From: Candidatus Poseidoniales archaeon
GTDB taxonomy: Archaea; Thermoplasmatota; Poseidoniia; Poseidoniales; Thalassarchaeaceae
Length of the DNA: 64,000 nt
NCBI GenBank assembly: GCA_012960975.1
Contig: DUAE01000039.1
Location: forward strand, 13,437-77,436
Direction: 5' to 3'
Below, one piece after another: positions 1 through 7,504 of the stretch (positions are counted from its first letter, which is position 1; the number at the start of each line of letters is the position of its first letter). The translations under genes and the position numbers were made by a program. The notes under the pieces are model-generated. The model was not told where the DNA came from and did no database searches. It saw nothing but the letters and a program-made list of their open reading frames with translations.

Positions 1-1213
1 CAGCGTGGTAATTTCCGATGTTGAGGAAGTAGAGTGCTGAGCCTAATCCAGTGAAAATGTAAGCTAATTGTGACATTGTCGAATAAGCCAAGACTTTCTT
101 GATATCGTTTTGTACAAATGCGATTGAAGCAGCCATGAAAGCAGTAATTCCACCGATATATGCTACCATAATTCCGAAATCTTCCAAACCTGCGATTCCG
201 TGGTGGTGAATATCGACAAAAGGCATCATTCTCGCAACTAAGTAAAGTCCAGCATTTACCATAGTCGCAGCGTGAATAAGAGCTGAAACAGGAGTAGGGC
301 CTTCCATTGCATCAGGCAACCAAACATGTAATGGGAATTGTGCGCTCTTCCCAATAGCGCCAATGAATAACATCGTCAGAGCCCAAAACATTTGGCCGGA
401 ATCGACGAGGGCTCCACCGACTCCAGTCGAAGGATCATCGAATACAACAGCAAACTCGAGAGAACCGTAGATATCGTAGAGAATGAATAGACCGACCATC
501 AAGAAAACGTCACCGACACGAGTTGTCAAGAAAGCCTTCTTTGCTGCCTTAGCAGCACTATCTTTCCAATAATAAAATCCAATGAGAAGGTATGAACATA
601 GACCCATTATTTCCCAGAAGATGAAGAGCCAAAGGAAATTGTCAGCAAGAACCATTCCGAACATACCCATGCTGAACAGAACGAATTCAGCGAAGAACCG
701 ATGATTACTATCCTCGTTGATTGGATTTGTGGTCATGTAACCGATTGCGAACCAGCATATTAGGAAACATAGGAAAGTTGCGACGAACAACAACATCAAA
801 GTCAATGAATCAATCCACACACCCATCCCAAGAATCCGAGTTTCAGTCATCGTGTAATCAGCTTGTAGAACATCGAAGGATATCCATTCTAACCAATGCG
901 ATACCGAATGGTTGGCAAAGTGTGCAGTTCCATTCAGATAATCAAAGAGAATCCAAATTGCGGCGCTGAGGGAAACACCCAAAGCGCCGATACCAAGAAT
1001 TCCTCCTTCTTTCCAAGTGTTTTTCCAAGTCTTATTTTTGTTGTAGACTTGACCGAGAATTAATATTGTTGGAAATGCGACAAATGGTGCTGCGACGATA
1101 AATATCGCTGCATCAATTGATTCCCATCCTTGCACTATCGCAAGATACGGAATTATTGCCAAGATTGGCACTAGAGGCAAGAGAAGTTTGTATTCATTTT
1201 TTGTTTCACTCAT
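1..1213 (-). CDS. nuoL: NADH-quinone oxidoreductase subunit L, N-terminal ~404 aa (3' end lies beyond the left window edge)
   Basis: Absent from the ORF track because it is truncated. My translation from ATG 1213-1211 gives MSETKNEYKLLLPLVPILAI... The in-frame signature AIGKSAQFPLHVWLPDAMEGPTPVSALIHAATMVNAGLY (nt ~358-242) is typical of antiporter-like NuoL. A GAGGTGAT SD lies upstream and the gene follows nuoK. Confidence 0.9.
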   Translation of the reverse strand, partial: MSETKNEYKLLLPLVPILAIIPYLAIVQGWESIDAAIFIVAAPFVAFPTILILGQVYNKNKTWKNTWKEGGILGIGALGVSLSAAIWILFDYLNGTAHFANHSVSHWLEWISFDVLQADYTMTETRILGMGVWIDSLTLMLLFVATFLCFLICWFAIGYMTTNPINEDSNHRFFAEFVLFSMGMFGMVLADNFLWLFIFWEIMGLCSYLLIGFYYWKDSAAKAAKKAFLTTRVGDVFLMVGLFILYDIYGSLEFAVVFDDPSTGVGGALVDSGQMFWALTMLFIGAIGKSAQFPLHVWLPDAMEGPTPVSALIHAATMVNAGLYLVARMMPFVDIHHHGIAGLEDFGIMVAYIGGITAFMAASIAFVQNDIKKVLAYSTMSQLAYIFTGLGSALYFLNIGNYHA

Positions 1214-1222
1214 AATATCACC

Positions 1223-1525
1223 TCAATTATTCAGAGTGCTCGCTTCATCGAGCGAAATCGTCTCCTGAGTGGAGTACAAGGAAAGGAAAATAGCTAGTCC
1301 TATTGCAACTTCTGCAGCCGCGATTGCAATTGCAATCGCAGTGAAAACCCAACCGTTGACATCACCGTAATGCGCAGCACCGGCGACGAAGTTTAGATTA
1401 GCAGCATTTAGCATAACTTCGATACACATCAATACGATGATTCCATTGCTTCGGCTAAAGGCACCGAGTAATCCAATTCCAAAGAGAATTACGCCAAGTC
1501 CGGCTATCCAACTTGGATCGATCAT
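1223..1525 (-). CDS. nuoK: NADH-quinone oxidoreductase subunit K
   Basis: 100 aa with 3 TM segments. Motifs LGAFSRSNGIIVLMCIEVMLNAANLNFV and AAAEVAIGLAI are typical of NuoK. ATGA overlap with the upstream gene. Confidence 0.9.
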   Translation of the reverse strand: MIDPSWIAGLGVILFGIGLLGAFSRSNGIIVLMCIEVMLNAANLNFVAGAAHYGDVNGWVFTAIAIAIAAAEVAIGLAIFLSLYSTQETISLDEASTLNN

Positions 1526-1788
1526 TCGACATCACCGCCCATATCCCAGATGAGGTTTATCAGGCGTTCGTCGCGAACCAAATAGGACGCTCCAATCATT
1601 GCCATAGCCAGTAAAAGACCTAAGATTACAGTCGCCATAGCCCATTCTCCATAGAGGGAGAGAGCAAAGTCAAGCGTAGATGGTGCAGAACCTGAAGCAT
1701 CCCACATCGAATGCGACATCACTTCACCTAAGACGATTAGAATAAATGCAAAAACACCAAATTTTGAAAGAATTGATAGGGCCTTCAT
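1522..1788 (-). CDS. nuoJ: NADH-quinone oxidoreductase subunit J, C-terminal half (nuoJ2-type small membrane protein)
   Basis: 88-aa hydrophobic protein between nuoJ1 and nuoK, with ATGA overlaps on both sides. The position matches the split nuoJ1/nuoJ2 arrangement known in euryarchaea. Confidence 0.65.
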   Translation of the reverse strand: MKALSILSKFGVFAFILIVLGEVMSHSMWDASGSAPSTLDFALSLYGEWAMATVILGLLLAMAMIGASYLVRDERLINLIWDMGGDVE

Positions 1789-2063
1789 TCGATATCACCT
1801 TCCTGGATTTGCCGGCGAGTGAGCATCACACCGAATTGAACAACCAACATCACCGAACCGAGATAAACGAGAATTTGAATCGCTGCTAACATCTCAGCTT
1901 GTGCGAGGATCATTACCGCAGCAACAGCCATGAAAGTCAACATCAGAGAAAGAAGAGAATGCGCAACTCGGCGCGCGTATACGCAACCAAGAGCGCCGAT
2001 TATTGCAGATGCTGCAAAAATTACAAATGCAAATGCTTCTGGATCAAATGCCATTAAAATCAT
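1785..2063 (-). CDS. nuoJ: NADH-quinone oxidoreductase subunit J, N-terminal half (nuoJ1-type)
   Basis: 92 aa. FAFVIFAASAIIGALGCVYARRVAHSLLSLMLTFMAVAAVMILAQAEMLAAIQILVYLGSVMLV matches the NuoJ N-terminal pattern. ATGA overlap with nuoI. Confidence 0.8.
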   Translation of the reverse strand: MILMAFDPEAFAFVIFAASAIIGALGCVYARRVAHSLLSLMLTFMAVAAVMILAQAEMLAAIQILVYLGSVMLVVQFGVMLTRRQIQEGDIE

Positions 2064-3037
2064 GCCTCCGCCGCTGCTTTAGCAGCCTTCGCAGCCTTTT
2101 TTGCACGCTTCTTCTGCTCTTTTTGAGCGCGTTTTGCTAATTCCATATCGACACGCTCTTGGTGAACTGCTGGAAGTAAGCGAGTTCGGCTCGCATCCAT
2201 CCAGAGATCTTCGCGTGTATAACCAGTCATACCATCGTACTCATTTGTCATGAAGAAAGATTCGAATGGGCATGATTCTGCACATAATCCACAGAACATG
2301 CATCGGCCAAGGTCAATTTGACCCGATACGATATCAACCTCTGCTGGTGATAGTGATGCGGAATCGAGAGTCTCGATACCTGACCCATCCTGCCAGCGAA
2401 CTGTCGCCTTATTACCAGAAATATCGATTATTTCTGCAAAGTCGTATTGTTGAGGAGCATCCACATGATCGAACATTAAATTGTGATTTTCAGCGAGTTC
2501 AGCGAAATCTTCTTTCTTACGAGCCGCCAATCCGCCGGCTTCAATTTCACTGCCGAAACCGTGCCATTCATCGCCTTCTTCGGCAGTGTCGAGAACATTA
2601 ATGCGGGTTTCTGTGGTCATGTGAAGGCAATCGTTTGGACAAGCCTTAACACATGCTTTGCAAGCAGTACAAGTCTCCCAAACAATTCCTATTCTGCCAT
2701 TGTAATTACCTGGAACGAAAAGCCAAGGTTCGATATCTTCGAGACGCTCATACGGATACATTACAGTGACTGGGCGTTCAAGGAAAGGCATTACATCGGT
2801 CGATTCACGATCGGGAGCGTATTGATGGCCGTGGCTTGGATGATCACTGCCAATTCTTTCAGCGGTAAAATCATCCATCATCACCGCTTCTTGAGCATGA
2901 TAATTATTTTTCAAAAACTTCGCTTTACCCAGATATGGGACTGTTCGCAAAGCGGTTTTCATCGTCATCCACATTGGTTTTAAAACCAAATTGCGGAAGT
3001 TGGGTGTAGCATGAGGGTGTCCAGTATTGTAATCCAT
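2060..3037 (-). CDS. nuoI: NADH-quinone oxidoreductase subunit I (2x[4Fe-4S] ferredoxin-type), unusually long (325 aa) with insertions and a Lys/Ala-rich tail
   Basis: Two CxxCxxCxxxCP motifs: CTACKACVKACP and CMFCGLCAESCP. I chose ATG 3037 (MDYNTGHP...), which has a GGGGTGA SD directly after the nuoH stop. The track ORF start at 3145 would overlap nuoH by ~100 nt. Confidence 0.85.
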   Translation of the reverse strand: MDYNTGHPHATPNFRNLVLKPMWMTMKTALRTVPYLGKAKFLKNNYHAQEAVMMDDFTAERIGSDHPSHGHQYAPDRESTDVMPFLERPVTVMYPYERLEDIEPWLFVPGNYNGRIGIVWETCTACKACVKACPNDCLHMTTETRINVLDTAEEGDEWHGFGSEIEAGGLAARKKEDFAELAENHNLMFDHVDAPQQYDFAEIIDISGNKATVRWQDGSGIETLDSASLSPAEVDIVSGQIDLGRCMFCGLCAESCPFESFFMTNEYDGMTGYTREDLWMDASRTRLLPAVHQERVDMELAKRAQKEQKKRAKKAAKAAKAAAEA

Positions 3038-3047
3038 TATTTCACCC

Positions 3048-4541
3048 CTATTCCTTATGTCTCCCTGGATATGCTTTGTCTGAAGCTTGAATATTGTAAG
3101 GTCGACGAGAGTAAGCCAGTGCATCTTTATCCTCATCAATTGCATAAATTATGAACAGTGCTAGAGCGATTAAACTCAGAGCAGGTGCAGTCCAAACAGG
3201 CCAGGATTCACCTGTCCAAACCTCTAGGCGTAGATAGATTGCAACGCCTAGATTTACGATTGAAAGTGGAAGTAAATATCTCCAACCAAATTCAAGAATT
3301 TGGTCGGTCCGGACTCGGTGAAGTGATGCGCGAACCCATACGAATCCAGCGAACAAAACGTAAGCCTTCGCGATTAACCAGACCACACCAGGCACCAGTG
3401 AGAGAATGGTTGCTATTGCTCCACCTATCGTCGGTAAACTCGCGAGGGTGTCTTCGAATGGGAATTGCCATCCCCCGAGGAAGAATAGTGCGAATAATAG
3501 ACACGCTGCGTATGATCTCATATATTCCGCAGCGAACATAAGTCCCCAGCGCATACCGCCATATTCAGTCCACCAACCCTCAACTAATTCTGCTTCCGCC
3601 TCTGGCATATCAAAGGGAATGCGCTCAACTTCAGCAATCATTGTAATTAAGAAAAGTGCTCCACCAAGAGGCAATAGGAAAATATTCCAAGTATCACTTT
3701 GTTGGATTTGAAAGTCAACGATTTCGATGATGTTGAATGACCCACTCAAAACAGCGACGCCGAGAACAGTGATTAGTAGAGGAATCTCGTATGCGGTAAG
3801 TTGGGCTGCTGATCTCATTCCACCAATCAAGGTATATTTGTTGTTAGATGACCAACCGGCGAAGAAAACACCGAGTGGGGCAATTCCAAAAATTGCCATC
3901 ATGAAAAGCAAAGATAATTCTGGGTTTGCCGCCCAAATATGCGGCCCAAACGGTATAAATGCAAAAACCATAATCGTTGTAGCTAGAATGATAACCGGGG
4001 CGATTTCGAAAACAAATTTATCAGCCTTTTCTGGGACAATGTGTTCCTTTGAGGCGAATTTGATGAAATCTGCAACATTTTGAAACAATCCAGGAAGTAG
4101 AAACCATATTCCATGATAACCACGATTATTGACTCGAGAAATCGTCTCTAATTTGTGGTCATTACCTGCAATTGAGTTTAGAATTCCATTGAGCCAGCCA
4201 ATAGGTGCTCCGATTCCAAGTGGTAATTGATTCCACCAATCACCTGCCGTCACTCCACTTTCACCAACCCATAGGCTTCGTAGAGATGTTGTAGCACCAA
4301 ATCGGTCCATAAGACGCCCAATGAATTTTCGCTCAATCCAAGTGAGGGCGAGCAATGTAGTCATCATCAATCCGAAAATTATTGTGCATATTATCGATGT
4401 TGAAATCAAAGTTTCCAACATCGGCTGCACTGAAGCAAATTCGGATTGATAGAATGGAAGTAAATCATGGACTGTATCCATCGAAAATTCAACAAGCGAG
4501 ATAACCCAACCGTTGATGTCTAACCAATCTGTACTTGCCAT
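3048..4541 (-). CDS. nuoH: NADH-quinone oxidoreductase subunit H, long form (497 aa)
   Basis: Carries the WIERKFIGRLMDRFG ... GLFQNVADFIKFASKE motif pair (canonical ERK..Q.R.GP / LQ..AD..K...KE), plus YEIPLL, AEVERIPFDMPEAEAELV.GW and EYGGMRWGLMF.AEY signatures. Confidence 0.9.
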   Translation of the reverse strand: MASTDWLDINGWVISLVEFSMDTVHDLLPFYQSEFASVQPMLETLISTSIICTIIFGLMMTTLLALTWIERKFIGRLMDRFGATTSLRSLWVGESGVTAGDWWNQLPLGIGAPIGWLNGILNSIAGNDHKLETISRVNNRGYHGIWFLLPGLFQNVADFIKFASKEHIVPEKADKFVFEIAPVIILATTIMVFAFIPFGPHIWAANPELSLLFMMAIFGIAPLGVFFAGWSSNNKYTLIGGMRSAAQLTAYEIPLLITVLGVAVLSGSFNIIEIVDFQIQQSDTWNIFLLPLGGALFLITMIAEVERIPFDMPEAEAELVEGWWTEYGGMRWGLMFAAEYMRSYAACLLFALFFLGGWQFPFEDTLASLPTIGGAIATILSLVPGVVWLIAKAYVLFAGFVWVRASLHRVRTDQILEFGWRYLLPLSIVNLGVAIYLRLEVWTGESWPVWTAPALSLIALALFIIYAIDEDKDALAYSRRPYNIQASDKAYPGRHKE

Positions 4542-4550
4542 GATATCACC

Positions 4551-5687
4551 TCAACGATCCGTCTCCCCGATACATGGGTCGAAAGAGCCCATAATCGCAG
4601 GAATGTCTGCAACCTTGTAACCGATCATGGTCTTTGCAGCATATGGAATTGTAATGAACATTGGAGAGCGGATTGAAACTCGGTATGGTTTCTTTCCTCG
4701 GCCCTCACCACCGCCGGCGATGTAGAACATCGACTCACCCCGACTATCTTCAAAATGATGGCTTCCAGAAGTTCCTTCAGGTGCACGAGAAGGAGATTTT
4801 GCGAGAATCTTTGGATCACCAGGTTCGTGATATGTTTCCGCGCCACCTGGAATTTTATCGAGAGCTTGTAAAACTAGATTTGCACTGTTTCGCATCTCTT
4901 CCATTCTAATCCGATAACGATCGTAACAATCAGCACCCTTGATCGAAGAGCGCTCGACGGCAGGCTCCCAATCTAATTCTGAGTAAACTGAGTAAGGGTG
5001 AGCCGAGCGAATGTCATAATTGACTCCAGCCGCTCGAATGTTAGGACCGGATACACCAGCGTTGATCATTTCTGCTGCCTTGGTATATCCGACACCTTGG
5101 CTACGAATCAAGAAAATCGTGCTCTCATCGAAAAGTGCTTCATATTCTTGCATTCGATTCAAGAAGAGTTTGACCTTATGTCGTGCACGAAGAGCGAATC
5201 CGGTCGGTAAATCTCGCTTTACACCACCGATTCGAGGGAAATTGTAGTGCATTCGGGAACCTCCCAGTTCCTGAAGCAAATCCATCATCATCTCTCTCTC
5301 TCGAAGACACCAAACCATCGCGCTGAGATTTCCAATATCTGGGCCATATGCTCCAAGCCACATCAAGTGACTCGCCAATCGCTGCAATTCTATAGCAATC
5401 AATCGAATGTATTCCGCACGTTCTGGAACTTCGACGCCGAGTAAATCCTCTGCGGCGTAAATGTAAGCGTGCGACCAGGTATTTGCTGAAGCGTAACAAA
5501 GTCGATCACAATAGGTTGTAATCTGAGTGAAATCTCTCGATTCACAAATTTTTTCGACACCACGATGAATGTAACCCAATTCGGGCTCGGTGTCGACGAC
5601 AGTTTCACCATCGACCTTAATTTTCAAAGTCCAAAGACCATGTGTCATTGGATGTTGAGGCCCCATTGATATCCACATTTCTGCCAT
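4551..5687 (-). CDS. nuoD: NADH-quinone oxidoreductase subunit D (49-kDa subunit)
   Basis: MGPQHPMTHGLWTLKIKVDGE.V, ELGYIHRGVEK and RMHYNFPRIGGV are typical NuoD motifs. Confidence 0.93.
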   Translation of the reverse strand: MAEMWISMGPQHPMTHGLWTLKIKVDGETVVDTEPELGYIHRGVEKICESRDFTQITTYCDRLCYASANTWSHAYIYAAEDLLGVEVPERAEYIRLIAIELQRLASHLMWLGAYGPDIGNLSAMVWCLREREMMMDLLQELGGSRMHYNFPRIGGVKRDLPTGFALRARHKVKLFLNRMQEYEALFDESTIFLIRSQGVGYTKAAEMINAGVSGPNIRAAGVNYDIRSAHPYSVYSELDWEPAVERSSIKGADCYDRYRIRMEEMRNSANLVLQALDKIPGGAETYHEPGDPKILAKSPSRAPEGTSGSHHFEDSRGESMFYIAGGGEGRGKKPYRVSIRSPMFITIPYAAKTMIGYKVADIPAIMGSFDPCIGETDR

Positions 5688-5696
5688 TATCTCACC

Positions 5697-6350
5697 TCAT
5701 TTTACCTTGCCAACATCAGTTGGCTTTCTCATGAATCCTTGTGCATCATCATACATTTCTTCGTGATCATGATAACGTAATTTGTGCTGTTTTTGCAACG
5801 GATGGAATCCCGCAGGGGATTCGTGTGGATTCAATACTCTACGCATTCCTTTGTGACCTTCAAAGACGATTCCAACCAAATCCCAGGTTTCCTTCTCGTT
5901 CCAATCTGCACCTACCCAAATATCTTGCACACTTGCAACACTTGGAGTTCTAGTCTCCCCTAATATTATTGAAATTTGTAATTCAAGTGGAACATTCTTA
6001 CCCTTTACTTTACTAAAATCGACGATATTTGGGACTACTACTCCTTCCTCGATGGCAGGATCGGTGACACCAGTTCGTAGGAAATGGTAAACAATTTCCC
6101 AAGTTTTTTCTTCTGATTCTGGCCAATGTATTCCTGTGATCATCGAGCAATAATCAACCTCGTGATCATTGCGAAGTGATTCTGCGGTCGCACGCCAATT
6201 TTCAACATCGACATCAACAGTAACGATGTAGCGATTTTGGGTACCATTCGTCCTCTCATCGACGCTGGCTTTGACGCCATCCATCGTCGAAAGTGATCGG
6301 GCAATTTTTTCAGCTACTGCTGATTGGGTTTTTTCTGAAACTACTCTCAT
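5697..6350 (-). CDS. nuoC: NADH-quinone oxidoreductase subunit C (30-kDa subunit)
   Basis: Position between nuoB and nuoD. The ...VGADWNEKETWDLVGIVFEGHKGMRRVL... motif is NuoC-like. Confidence 0.85.
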   Translation of the reverse strand: MRVVSEKTQSAVAEKIARSLSTMDGVKASVDERTNGTQNRYIVTVDVDVENWRATAESLRNDHEVDYCSMITGIHWPESEEKTWEIVYHFLRTGVTDPAIEEGVVVPNIVDFSKVKGKNVPLELQISIILGETRTPSVASVQDIWVGADWNEKETWDLVGIVFEGHKGMRRVLNPHESPAGFHPLQKQHKLRYHDHEEMYDDAQGFMRKPTDVGKVK

Positions 6351-6359
6351 TGAAATCCC

Positions 6360-6959
6360 TCAATCATCTCCAATAATAATCGGTGAGCTCCCATCAATTC
6401 GAGCATGGCTCGGCATCGCCCCGATACGAATAATCTTCTCACGTAATTTTCCGAATCCATCGATTAGTGCTTCTGGGCGAGGAGGACAACCTGGAATGTA
6501 AATATCGACAGGAATGATTGTGTCAACCCCTTCGAGAATGTTGTACGACTGGAAGTACGGCCCACCTGAAATTGCACACTCACCCATAGCGATGCACCAT
6601 TTTGGCTCTGGCATTTGTTCCCATAATCGAGTGATTGGATCTGCGAATTTTTTGCTGATTGGGCCGTTGACGAGAAGCACGTCGCATTGACGAGGGCTTG
6701 AACGGAAGAATACCCCGAAGCGCTCTGCATCGAAACGGCTAGCTCCAGCAGCTGCCATCTCAAGGGCACAACATTTGATACCGAGATGGAGAGGGAAAAG
6801 AGATTTTCTTTGTCCCCAATTAAATAATCGTCCGGCTAGAACACCAATTATTTCCTTCATTCCACTAGCCTTGAGTGCATCGTCAGTAACATCGCCAATC
6901 GTATCGACGAGGATTCTGCTACTGAACATAGAATAATTTTGTTCTTCGTCAGACATCAT
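6360..6959 (-). CDS. nuoB: NADH-quinone oxidoreductase subunit B (20-kDa, N2 cluster subunit)
   Basis: Motifs LGIKCCALEM, SPRQCDVLLVNG, AMGECAISGGPY and YIPGCPPRPEAL. Two adjacent ATGs (6959, 6956); the second gives the 9-nt stop-start spacing seen at other nuo junctions. Confidence 0.93.
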   Translation of the reverse strand: MMSDEEQNYSMFSSRILVDTIGDVTDDALKASGMKEIIGVLAGRLFNWGQRKSLFPLHLGIKCCALEMAAAGASRFDAERFGVFFRSSPRQCDVLLVNGPISKKFADPITRLWEQMPEPKWCIAMGECAISGGPYFQSYNILEGVDTIIPVDIYIPGCPPRPEALIDGFGKLREKIIRIGAMPSHARIDGSSPIIIGDD

Positions 6960-6965
6960 ATCACC

Positions 6966-7412
6966 TCAAATGTAAATTTTCCCACGCTTTCGGAAAACAT
7001 GCCAAACTCCCAAACTCATAAGAGAAATGAATATCGTCATCGTCGCTAATGCACCCCAAATGTCAATATCGCCACCTGATTCCTGAATTGCGACTATCCC
7101 CCCGAAAGCTAGGAACATGAAGGCAATATCGAAGACTAGGAAAATGATAGCATACCAATAGTACTGGAAATGAAAATTGATGAACGCGTCACCAACTGGT
7201 GCGGAACCGCATTCATAGGTACTATCTCGACGAACATAGAGAGTCTGATCGGTCTCATATCCTGGCAGTAACCATGAACTGACTTTTGTTGGGTCATTTT
7301 GATTATACGAAGGACGAAGGAGCTTCGATAGAATGAAACTTCCAACGGGAAATCCAATTCCAACCAATGTCATTATCGCAACTGCGAGATATGCTTCTGA
7401 AACTGTCTGCAT
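6966..7412 (-). CDS. nuoA: NADH-quinone oxidoreductase subunit A
   Basis: YECGSAPVGDAFINFHFQYYWYAIIFLVFDIAFMFL is NuoA-like. The track ORF begins at GTG 7421. I prefer ATG 7412 (MQTVSEAY...), which has an AGGTG SD 6 nt upstream. Confidence 0.85.
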   Translation of the reverse strand: MQTVSEAYLAVAIMTLVGIGFPVGSFILSKLLRPSYNQNDPTKVSSWLLPGYETDQTLYVRRDSTYECGSAPVGDAFINFHFQYYWYAIIFLVFDIAFMFLAFGGIVAIQESGGDIDIWGALATMTIFISLMSLGVWHVFRKRGKIYI

Positions 7413-7425
7413 GTCGAACACCTGA

Positions 7426-7442
7426 CGGTACCATAGGTACCG
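7426..7442 (-). promoter_or_regulatory. Perfect hairpin CGGTACC-ata-GGTACCG in the nuoA 5' leader / downstream of the surface-protein gene
   Basis: 7-bp perfect inverted repeat with a 3-nt loop, read directly. It lies 13 nt upstream of the nuoA ATG and immediately 5' of the AGGTG SD. Confidence 0.5.
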
Positions 7443-7465
7443 ATAGTACTGGCGATAAAAAAGTT

Positions 7466-7474
7466 GAATATAAG
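7466..7474 (-). promoter_or_regulatory. Candidate TATA box (CTTATATTC on the minus strand) for the nuo operon
   Basis: AT-rich TATA-like element ~54 nt upstream of the nuoA ATG. It would place the TSS near the 7426-7442 hairpin. An adjacent T6 run (7457-7462, minus strand) could terminate the upstream gene. Confidence 0.3.
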
Positions 7475-7504
7475 TGTAAGCAGGTTGAGACGGTGAGTTT
7501 TGAC

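Noticed and set aside
1522-2063. Two short ORFs in place of nuoJ, as a possible frameshifted pseudogene
   Set aside because: Both have clean ATGA overlaps and intact hydrophobic products. Split nuoJ1/nuoJ2 is a known euryarchaeal arrangement.
3038-3145. N-terminal 36 codons of the 361-aa track ORF for nuoI
   Set aside because: This extension would overlap the nuoH 3' end by ~100 nt. ATG 3037 sits 10 nt after the nuoH stop with a GGGGTGA SD, matching the junction design of the rest of the operon.
2266-4083. Several 100-166-aa plus-strand ORFs (2266-2601, 2483-2983, 3158-3541, 3406-3711, 3727-4083)
   Set aside because: They lie antisense to nuoI and nuoH, which carry unambiguous motifs. Their products are low-complexity (Arg/Ser/Ile-rich), and they have no SD or promoter. 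They are shadow ORFs.
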